Assembly: GCA_017476845.1 (NCBI GenBank)
Contig: JAFUZB010000136.1
Span: 1 to 24,000 of the forward strand
Source of the DNA: Clostridia bacterium
Lineage (GTDB): Bacteria; Bacillota; Clostridia; Christensenellales; Aristaeellaceae
DNA length: 24,000 bases
Direction: 5' to 3'
The position numbers were made by a program, and so were the translations under genes. Positions 16,794 through 23,480 of this stretch are shown here, one piece after another. The notes beneath the pieces were generated by a model. The model worked only from the letters and a program-made list of their open reading frames with translations, had not been told where the DNA came from and did no database searches. Positions within the stretch are counted from its first letter, which is position 1, and each line of letters opens with the position of its first letter.

Positions 16794-16823
16794 AGAAGGC
16801 AATCATTGCCTTCTTTTTATTTT
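16794..16823 (+). terminator. Rho-independent terminator (plus-strand orientation)
   Basis: Stem AGAAGGCA (16794-16801) / TGCCTTCT (16807-16814), loop ATCAT, followed by TTTTATTTT (16815-16823). Confidence 0.75.
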
Positions 16824-17166
16824 GCAGATTTAGGTGCATAATAAGAAAGTCCACAAAAAACAAAGAAGACGCTGCTTTTCCCCGCACGTCTTCTCTGCAA
16901 CAACACATGCAATATATGAATATTGCAAACCTATGATAAGAGCATTATCCCGTTTTGACAAGACTCTGCAGAGGTTACTATCTGCTCTTTCGAAAAGACA
17001 TGATTGTTATATATCAAGCTTGGATGAAACGCGACGAATAGAAATATAGGTTTCTAAATTATAAAGAAACAATGCGAGGAGGTGTGTGTCATGAATGTTA
17101 CTGCTCTAGTTTGGAGTTGTGTTCCCCGTGGCCCGCCCTTCCGAAGCTGCTTTCACCTTTCACTAT

Positions 17167-17188
17167 CTACGGAACGAAATCTCCGTAG
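17167..17188. promoter_or_regulatory. 7-8-7 inverted repeat CTACGGA-N8-TCCGTAG just upstream of the recombinase RBS (candidate recombinase core-type site or operator)
   Basis: CTACGGA (17167-17173), spacer ACGAAATC, then TCCGTAG (17182-17188). It shares CCGTAG/CTACGG with the flanking repeat family. The recombinase TAGGAGG RBS begins about 16 nt downstream. Confidence 0.4.
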
Positions 17189-17218
17189 CAACAACATACA
17201 TTTTAGGAGGAATACAAC

Positions 17219-18193
17219 ATGGCAAGACCCTACTCTGAAGCTCGGAAAATACTCCGTGATGCCGATATTTCTAGTTACAAGGATGATCTGGACAAGTTTG
17301 AAGCGGGGACGAGAGCGGAAAATATGTCCGCCTCCTCGCAGAAAAGCTACCTCGGTTATTTGAAGATCTTCTGTGCGTATTGTGTCATCTTCCGCAACGG
17401 CGTTTCGCTCATGAATGTTGACATTTCAGATATCCAGGCGTTTATCGCGTATCTTATGGAGGTTGAGCAGCTTCGTCCCAATACCGTGAATTCCTATCTG
17501 GCAGCCATCCGGAAGATGTTTGCTTATCTTCGTGGTGAAACCCTGGACAAGAAGCGGCTTCCCGATCTTTTTGTAGACACCTATCTCCCGCGCGTACCTA
17601 CCGCTGATGAAGTTGCCCTCATGTTGAAGGCGTGCAGTGGAATCTTGGAAAGGCTCTTCCTGCTCATCCTTATTTCAACCGGAGTCCGTTTTTCTGAGGC
17701 CCTCGTGCTCAAGTTTTCCGATCTTCTCAGGAACGAACACCTGATTCATGTGGGATTGTCCAAGAGCCGCATGGAGCGTCGCGTTCCGCTTAACGATAAC
17801 GTTATTGCGGAGCTCACTAAGTACTGTAACGAATATAACGCCAACCATCCAGACCACAAGCTTACTCCGGACGACTATATTTTCTTCAACGAAAATAGAG
17901 ATGGGCACCTGAATGATTCCTACCTCCGGAAACTGTTCACTGGTATTCAGGAACGTGCTGGACTCAAAGATAAGCACTATACTCCACATTCCTGCCGCCA
18001 TTTCTTCGCTCTTCAATATTATCTGCAGTCCAATGATCTGCTTCTCGTTAAGCGTCTGCTGGGACACAAGTCTCTTGAGTCTACCGAAACTTATCTCGTG
18101 CTTGCTGCTGCCATTGAAGCACAGGAACGTTATGTCAATCCCCTTGATGTGGTTCTTAATAGCGAGAATGCCAAGAATAAACAGGTTCGGTAA
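17219..18193 (+). CDS. Tyrosine recombinase / phage-integrase family protein (324 aa)
   Basis: TAGGAGG lies 8 nt upstream. The N-terminal SAM-like domain reads YLGYLKIFCAYC...IQAFIAYLMEVEQLRPNTVNSYLAAIRKMFAYL. The catalytic domain has TGVRFSEAL (Arg), HSCRHFFA (HxxR) and LLGHKSLESTETYL (His ... Tyr nucleophile). Confidence 0.92.
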   Translation: MARPYSEARKILRDADISSYKDDLDKFEAGTRAENMSASSQKSYLGYLKIFCAYCVIFRNGVSLMNVDISDIQAFIAYLMEVEQLRPNTVNSYLAAIRKMFAYLRGETLDKKRLPDLFVDTYLPRVPTADEVALMLKACSGILERLFLLILISTGVRFSEALVLKFSDLLRNEHLIHVGLSKSRMERRVPLNDNVIAELTKYCNEYNANHPDHKLTPDDYIFFNENRDGHLNDSYLRKLFTGIQERAGLKDKHYTPHSCRHFFALQYYLQSNDLLLVKRLLGHKSLESTETYLVLAAAIEAQERYVNPLDVVLNSENAKNKQVR

Positions 18194-18261
18194 TGGTCGC
18201 TTCGTGCGTATGGATATGAGGTGGCCAATGCCTCATGTTCTTCAGATGTGTGGAGGATAAG

Positions 18262-19836
18262 ATGACCGCGTCAGATTTTCAGAATAACCCCGCAGCGGTC
18301 AACGCTGCTGTTGACCAACTCGAGAAGGAGCAGGGTGCTGGCAACACCCTGCCCGAGAATGCTTCTGGTTATGCGCCTGTATACACAGTTTCCGAGATTC
18401 TCAGAGACAATATAAGCTGGATTATGCATTCTGGCAAGTTTACGGCCGAACAGAAGCATGCTGCGTTAGCTATTGCTTATTGTAAGACAAAGCAGATGGG
18501 CGGTTTCATGCAATACTGTCCCAACTGTAAAAAGCCTGTCTCTTTCCATTATAGTTCTTGCAATAACAGAAACTGTCCCCGGTGTCAGTATCCCGCGCAG
18601 CTCAGATGGATTGCCTTGCGTAAAAGTGAGGTTATTCCCGGAACGCAGTATTACCATATTATCCTGACCGTACCTCATTTGCTGAATGACTTAATCACTG
18701 CAAACCGCAAACCACTTCTGGACCTCCTTTTCAAATGCACCTCCGGTTCCATCATTACTCTTTGCCGGGATCCGAAAACGCTCGGTGCTACACCTGGTAT
18801 TGTCACCACACTTCATACGTGGGCAAGCGATTTGACGCTTCATTACCATACACATTCCATCGTTTCAGGCGGTGGTCTTAACGCAGAAGGTACGTATATC
18901 AATCTCAAAGATCTACGCAAGGAGCAGGCTGAAGCAAGAGCTGCAGCAAAAGGACAGACCGACGATACGGCTGATGTAGCAAATGCGGATAAAACCTATG
19001 ACTATCTCTTCCCGGAGGCTAAGCTGAACACCCTTTTCCGTGACAAGTACATGGATGGGTTGAAAAAGCTGTACCATGCCCGAAAGCTTGTTCTGCCAGA
19101 GTCACTGGCGTATCTGTCAGATCCTTTCGAATGGTCTGGATTCTGCACCAAGCTGTATCAGACCAACTGGGTTGGTAAAATCGTTAAGACCAGCGCAGAT
19201 GCAGAGACCGGTGTTGGCACCCTGGCAGAATACTGCTCGAGACTTCCCGGTCAGAACACTACGTTCACCCAGACGAGGGTTGTTACAGAAGCAGAGGATG
19301 CATTAACCAATGGTGGGGTGAATGACACACAGCTTGACCAGAAACCCGAATCTCTCAGCGATGCATTTGAGTACCTTGGCCGTTATGCTTTCCATGCCGG
19401 TATTTCAGACAGTCGCATACAGTCTTACGATCCCGAGAAGGCTGTTGTCTCATTTAATGCACGGGATCCGCAGAACAAGACAATTGACCGGCTTGTTACG
19501 TACCCAGTCTATCGCTTTATCTCATTGTTTCTTAGCCATATTCTTCCAAAGGGATTTACTCGCATCCGCTTTTCAGGGTTTCTCTCCTGTGGGCAACGTA
19601 GCAAACGCCTTGAAAGCATATTTAGGCAAGTCTGTCAGAAATCTTACACTGTCTCGCCGATAAAGGGTCTCAAGGGCATTCAGTTGTTGAAGGCTCTTTT
19701 TCCCAACTCCAGTTTTGGGGTTTGTCCCATCTGTAATACCCCTACCACTCCGATTGCCTTTGGCAGTGCGGTAAACCGTGCCAAGTTTTACAAACCGAAG
19801 CAACGCTGCAACTCCAGAGGCCAGCCTGCATGCTAA
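18262..19836 (+). CDS. IS91-family HUH (Y2) rolling-circle transposase with an N-terminal zinc-binding domain
   Basis: ORF 18235..19836. I prefer the ATG at 18262, with GGAGGA 5 nt upstream. Zinc motif CPNCKK...SCNNRNCPRC. LHTWASDLTLHYHTHSIVSGGGL contains the HUH motif (HYH at 18841-18849). FEYLGRYAFHAGISDSRI contains the twin-tyrosine YxxxY motif (19372-19386). The C-terminus HILPKGFTRIRFSGFLS is typical of the family. Confidence 0.9.
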   Translation: MTASDFQNNPAAVNAAVDQLEKEQGAGNTLPENASGYAPVYTVSEILRDNISWIMHSGKFTAEQKHAALAIAYCKTKQMGGFMQYCPNCKKPVSFHYSSCNNRNCPRCQYPAQLRWIALRKSEVIPGTQYYHIILTVPHLLNDLITANRKPLLDLLFKCTSGSIITLCRDPKTLGATPGIVTTLHTWASDLTLHYHTHSIVSGGGLNAEGTYINLKDLRKEQAEARAAAKGQTDDTADVANADKTYDYLFPEAKLNTLFRDKYMDGLKKLYHARKLVLPESLAYLSDPFEWSGFCTKLYQTNWVGKIVKTSADAETGVGTLAEYCSRLPGQNTTFTQTRVVTEAEDALTNGGVNDTQLDQKPESLSDAFEYLGRYAFHAGISDSRIQSYDPEKAVVSFNARDPQNKTIDRLVTYPVYRFISLFLSHILPKGFTRIRFSGFLSCGQRSKRLESIFRQVCQKSYTVSPIKGLKGIQLLKALFPNSSFGVCPICNTPTTPIAFGSAVNRAKFYKPKQRCNSRGQPAC

Positions 19837-20062
19837 AACAGCATACGTTCACCGTCTCACCTGTGAACACTTGCGTGGGTAGAAGCTCAAAAAGCCAATT
19901 TGAGACTACTCTTGTTTGAATACACTTTTTTCGGGAAAGAGCCGTGATCTTCTGTGCAAATGCAAAGTTTTGACAGTCACTTACTGGGGAGCGTAGGAAA
20001 CTGCAGTGATAGGAACGTACAAACTCTTATTTCGCAAGGGGTTGAGCTAGTATTTCCCTGGT

Positions 20063-20109
20063 CTACAGTACCCCGGAAGCTAGGGTCGGACTACCGTACC
20101 ATCTAGTCC
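20063..20109 (-). repeat. Two reverse-orientation copies of the GGTACnGTAG motif plus a small hairpin at the right edge of the low-GC island
   Basis: CTACAGTACC (20063-20072) and CTACCGTACC (20091-20100) are reverse complements of GGTACnGTAG, which occurs forward at 16709-16718. GGACTA (20088-20093) pairs with TAGTCC (20104-20109). Three CTAG tetramers fall within about 60 bp. Confidence 0.55.
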
Positions 20110-20218
20110 GCACGGTTGATTCAAAAGCGAAAAGCTTGCCTCTCTCTATGGGCTTCGCTCCTGCGGGGCCCATATCAATTGCACCGTTCGGCAACTTTTC
20201 TAACTTATTGACGGATCC

Positions 20219-21442
20219 ATGTCGCGCAAGGTACTGGAGAACTATCTCTCCCGCGCCGTCACACACACGGGTCTGTGCTATGACAATTTCGCCCCCTCCC
20301 GCACCTTCCCCGACGACCTGCGCATGCTCCTGTGGGAGGGTGCCAAGTTCGTCGGGCGCGCCGGTCTCATCTGGCAGGCCACCGACGAGGAAAAGCACCG
20401 CAGGACCTGCCGCGAGCGCGCACGCATCATCCACGAATCTGACCCGGACATCATCCTGCAGGGCTGCATCTTTGAGTGCATCTGGAAGCCCTACATCGAT
20501 TCCCTGCCCATCCCCGAATGGGTGTTCACGGAGTTCTCCCTCCCCGCAGAAAAGCGGTGCTTCCGCTATGATGACATGCTCTTTCCCGACGGCACCTATG
20601 TCGACCACTGGGGAAAGCAGGGCGGCTCGGTGGAGGACATCCGCCAAAGGGAGACGCAGATGTACTTCTACTACCGCGCGCGCTGCTACATCGACGACGG
20701 CTTTGAGGCCCTGCACTTCGGCCAGGTCCACCTCATCGGGGCGAAGGACGAGGGCTTCCGCTGCTGGCGGGAAACCCTGGACCGGATCCGCGCCTACGCA
20801 AGGCGCCATGCGCGCAGGCACTTTGTGCTGTGCGACGCGCACACCCACGGCATCGTCATAGGCGGCGAAAGCCTCTTTGACTACAACGCTTGGCCCCTGC
20901 GCCTCAAGGAGGATCCCGCACATCCTATGCGCTGCAGTGTCGAGGCCGGCTATCTGGACAGCATCTATCTGGACTCCAAGGGCGGAAGGACGCCCTCGGG
21001 CTGGTCCGCAGACAGTCTTCCCTACTTTGTGGAGGTCGACAATTTCGGCCGCCTGCCCCAGGCGGGCACTCCGACCCTGGACACCTATTACGTCTGGGGC
21101 TATGACGAGATCGACTGGCTGATGCTGCAGACAAGGGAGGAGCGCAGCCGTATGCTGCGCGAAATCCACGCCTTCCTTTCGCAGACCGATCCAAACGGTC
21201 ATCTGGAGATGCCCTCCCGCCGCTGCCTCACCGAAAGCTATGAGAGCATCTGGCCCCATCCGGACATCGACTGGCTGGAGGCCTACCGCAAGGACGAGTT
21301 CTTCTCCTACACCCTGCGCCCGGACGGTGCCGCCGTGATCAGCCGCCGCTATTACAGCGCCAACAATCCCTCCTCCGCCTGTCCCTTCGGCCTGGGCGAC
21401 GAGGAGACCATCGCCCGGCTCTTCCATTCACAGACGTGCTGA
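20219..21442 (+). CDS. Uncharacterised conserved-looking cytoplasmic protein (407 aa); possibly a glycoside-hydrolase-like alpha/beta barrel. Family not recognised.
   Basis: Long ORF with protein-like composition, whereas the 454-aa ORF on the opposite strand is Ala/Gly/Val/Arg-rich shadow. An in-frame stop at 20201 fixes the ATG at 20219. The SD is weak (GGA). There is no signal peptide. The next gene follows after 14 nt. I recognise no diagnostic family motif. Confidence 0.7.
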   Translation: MSRKVLENYLSRAVTHTGLCYDNFAPSRTFPDDLRMLLWEGAKFVGRAGLIWQATDEEKHRRTCRERARIIHESDPDIILQGCIFECIWKPYIDSLPIPEWVFTEFSLPAEKRCFRYDDMLFPDGTYVDHWGKQGGSVEDIRQRETQMYFYYRARCYIDDGFEALHFGQVHLIGAKDEGFRCWRETLDRIRAYARRHARRHFVLCDAHTHGIVIGGESLFDYNAWPLRLKEDPAHPMRCSVEAGYLDSIYLDSKGGRTPSGWSADSLPYFVEVDNFGRLPQAGTPTLDTYYVWGYDEIDWLMLQTREERSRMLREIHAFLSQTDPNGHLEMPSRRCLTESYESIWPHPDIDWLEAYRKDEFFSYTLRPDGAAVISRRYYSANNPSSACPFGLGDEETIARLFHSQTC

Positions 21443-21456
21443 AAGGAGGTCCATGG

Positions 21457-22617
21457 ATGAACTTCTCCGCACTGGACCGTTATCTTGACACCTTCTATGC
21501 CGAAAAGAACGTTCCCGGCCTGGGCTGCCAGGTGAGCGTGGACGGCGAGATTGTGCACACCCACCTCGCAGGCTTCGCCAATGTCGAGGAGAGGAAGCCC
21601 TTTACCGAAGACACGCTCTTTACCCTCTACTCCGCCACCAAGGTCTCCACGGTCTCAGCCGGAATGTGCCTGGTGCAAAAGGGGCTCCTCCAGCTGGATG
21701 CCCCCGCGGGCGACTACCTCCCTGCCCTCTCGCGCGTCACGGTGCGGGACCCGGACGGCACCGTGCATCCCGCGCGCAGCCCTATCCTGGTGCGCCACCT
21801 CTTCTCCATGTCCGCGGGCTTCACCTACGAAAGCGACGTCCCCTCCATACGCGCACTCCGGGAGCGCACCGGAAACACGGCGAGCACACGGAAGGTCATT
21901 GAGGCCCTCGCCGATGAACCGCTCGCCTTTGAGCCCGGCACACACTTCCGCTACAGCTTCTGCCACGATGTCCTGGCCGCCGTGATGGAAGCGGCCGCAG
22001 GCAAGCGCTTCCCGGACATCCTCCGCGAGGAGCTGTTTGATCCCCTGGGCATGCACGACACCGTGTTTGCCGTAAACGAGGAGCAGCGGACCCGGCTCGC
22101 CCCGGAATACCACGGCTTTGACGGCAAAACCGGAAAGGCGCGCGAGGTCATCTTCAAGGAGGGCCTCGACATGGGCATGGGTCCCAACTACTTTTCCGGC
22201 GGCGGCGGGCTCATGTCCACGGTGCGCGACTACGGTGCTCTGAGCGCAATGCTCGGAAACGGCGGAAAAACCAAGGGCGGCACCGTCATCCTCACCGAAG
22301 ACAGCATCCGGGCCATGCAGGAAAATCAGCAGACCGAAAAGGGGCTTTCCGACTTCGGGGAGATGGGCGGCTGGAGCAAGGCCGGCTACGGCTACGGCCT
22401 CGGCGTGCGCACCCTCATGGACCGCGAGCGCGCCGGCAGTCTCAGCCAGCAGGGCGAGTTCGGCTGGGACGGCATGCTCGGCTGCTATGTGCTCGCGGAC
22501 CCCGCAAGCCGTGTAGGCATCTTCTACGCCCAGCAGGAGAACGGCACACCCTGGTATCACTGGCACGGCATGATCCGCCAGTACGCCTATGCCGCCATCC
22601 TCGGCGCGGAAAAGTGA
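21457..22617 (+). CDS. Serine hydrolase of the beta-lactamase / class C-like esterase family (386 aa from the ATG at 21457)
   Basis: ORF 21436..22617. The ATG at 21457 has AAGGAGG 7 nt upstream. The SxxK nucleophile motif is in LFTLYSATKVSTV. FRYSFCHDVLA lies in the second-motif region and FGWDGMLGCYVLADP in the third. There is no signal peptide. Confidence 0.85.
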   Translation: MNFSALDRYLDTFYAEKNVPGLGCQVSVDGEIVHTHLAGFANVEERKPFTEDTLFTLYSATKVSTVSAGMCLVQKGLLQLDAPAGDYLPALSRVTVRDPDGTVHPARSPILVRHLFSMSAGFTYESDVPSIRALRERTGNTASTRKVIEALADEPLAFEPGTHFRYSFCHDVLAAVMEAAAGKRFPDILREELFDPLGMHDTVFAVNEEQRTRLAPEYHGFDGKTGKAREVIFKEGLDMGMGPNYFSGGGGLMSTVRDYGALSAMLGNGGKTKGGTVILTEDSIRAMQENQQTEKGLSDFGEMGGWSKAGYGYGLGVRTLMDRERAGSLSQQGEFGWDGMLGCYVLADPASRVGIFYAQQENGTPWYHWHGMIRQYAYAAILGAEK

Positions 22618-22767
22618 GTCGTATTTGATACGCTTTCTCCCCGAGCCGCTCAGCTTTGATACCGTTTTTCACAGCACCGCCGATGCCGGACGGGTGGAAA
22701 ACGAGGTCCCCCGCCTACGTCATCCACCGGTGCAGAAGTTCTATCCCGTGCAAGAGGAGGTATCTTC

Positions 22768-23265
22768 ATGAACGTGCACTCCCTTATGCAAAACCACACA
22801 AGCATCCGCCGCTTTGACCCAAGGCCCGTTGAGGCAGAGAAGGTCCAGGCCATTCTGGACTGCATGCGTCTTGCGCCCTCGGCCGCCAACCGCCAGAAAT
22901 GGATGTTTTACGCCATAGAGAGCCAGGAAAAGCGCGAGGCCATCGCGCAGGCCACTGGGAATACCTGGTGGGCGCAGGCTCCGCTCATCCTGGCCGTGAC
23001 GTGTGATGACTGCGGCGTGATGACCAACGGCCACCGGAGCGATACCGTCGACTGTTCCATCGCCATGACCCTCGGCATGCTCTGCGCGGAGGATCTGGGC
23101 CTTGGCACCTGCTGGGTTGCCAGCTACACGGAGGATGCTGTTCGAAGTGTCCTCCAGCTCTCCCCCGAGCACTCCGTGCCCGCACTGCTCATCGTGGGCT
23201 ACAGCGCAGAGGCGCCCGAGGCACGGCCGCGAAAGCCCCTGTCTGAGGTCTCCGCTCGTCTATAA
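22768..23265 (+). CDS. Nitroreductase-family flavoprotein (165 aa)
   Basis: AGAGGAGG lies upstream of the ATG. The sequence HTSIRRFDPRPVEAEKVQAILDCMRLAPSAANRQKWMFYAI and the C-terminal part GLGTCWV...LLIVGY are typical of the nitroreductase fold. Confidence 0.88.
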   Translation: MNVHSLMQNHTSIRRFDPRPVEAEKVQAILDCMRLAPSAANRQKWMFYAIESQEKREAIAQATGNTWWAQAPLILAVTCDDCGVMTNGHRSDTVDCSIAMTLGMLCAEDLGLGTCWVASYTEDAVRSVLQLSPEHSVPALLIVGYSAEAPEARPRKPLSEVSARL

Positions 23266-23277
23266 TTTCCTACAACT

Positions 23278-23310
23278 TGGGGCCGGATACTTGATCCGGC
23301 CCCTTGTCCA
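23278..23310 (+). terminator. Stem-loop terminator after the nitroreductase gene
   Basis: Perfect 10-bp stem GGGGCCGGAT (23278-23287) / ATCCGGCCCC (23293-23302), loop ACTTG, tail TTGTCCATTGTT (weak U-tract). It starts 13 nt after the stop codon. Confidence 0.55.
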
Positions 23311-23385
23311 TTGTTCCCGGAGCACCATCCTTCCCGGCACGTCATAGAAAAAAGCACGTCCCCTCCTGCATTTCCCGCGCAGGTG

Positions 23386-23394
23386 TGGTATAAC
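23386..23394 (+). promoter_or_regulatory. Possible extended -10 element (TGgTATAAC) upstream of the response-regulator gene
   Basis: TG at 23386-23387 and TATAAC at 23389-23394. The -35 is poor (CTGCAT at the 17-nt spacing). It lies about 87 nt upstream of the ATG at 23481. Confidence 0.3.
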
Positions 23395-23480
23395 AGAGGC
23401 GGAGATCTTTCCCTCTCCCGGCACATTCTGCCCGCGCCCTGCGGTCAGGACAGAGACTTCACGAGAAAGGTGCATCCCAC

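Larger units (their letters stand above)
16647..20110 (+). mobile_element. IS91-family-like composite element: tyrosine recombinase plus HUH/Y2 rolling-circle transposase with structured non-coding flanks. The ends are approximate.
   Basis: G+C drops from about 65% (flanking CDS samples) to about 43-45% (samples at 16841, 17221 and 18661). Two co-oriented mobile-DNA genes lie inside. Motif copies occur in inverted orientation at 16660-16773 and 20063-20100. A minimal extent of about 16830-20038 is also possible. I could not define the exact termini. Confidence 0.7.

Noticed and set aside
16834-17049. 71-aa ORF (GTG start) in the left non-coding arm of the insertion
   Set aside because: It has no SD, is lysine/arginine-rich and lies in AT-rich sequence. 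It is probably non-coding.
17082-17363. 90-93-aa ORF with a strong GAGGAGG SD before the ATG at 17091, overlapping the recombinase start out of frame
   Set aside because: The RBS is striking, but the product (MNVTALVWSCVPRGPPFRSCF...) is basic, Cys/Pro/Arg-rich and unlike any protein I recognise. It also overlaps the recombinase by about 145 nt. I cannot support it as a gene. It could be a leader ORF, so ribosome profiling would be worthwhile.
16729-20079. Shared 7-mer CCGGAAG (16729-16735 and 20073-20079) as a possible att core or target duplication
   Set aside because: A 7-bp identity between two stretches of 200-400 bp is expected several times by chance. The surrounding similarity (CCGGAAGnTnG..TCGG) is too gapped to count as evidence.
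20063-21427. 454-aa ORF on the minus strand
   Set aside because: It lies antisense to the 407-aa plus-strand ORF. It is Ala/Gly/Val/Asp-rich with no start context. The plus-strand frame has far more protein-like composition and sits 14 nt before the next co-oriented gene.
21655-22566. 303-aa minus-strand ORF
   Set aside because: It lies antisense to the serine hydrolase gene, which has an SxxK motif and a good RBS.
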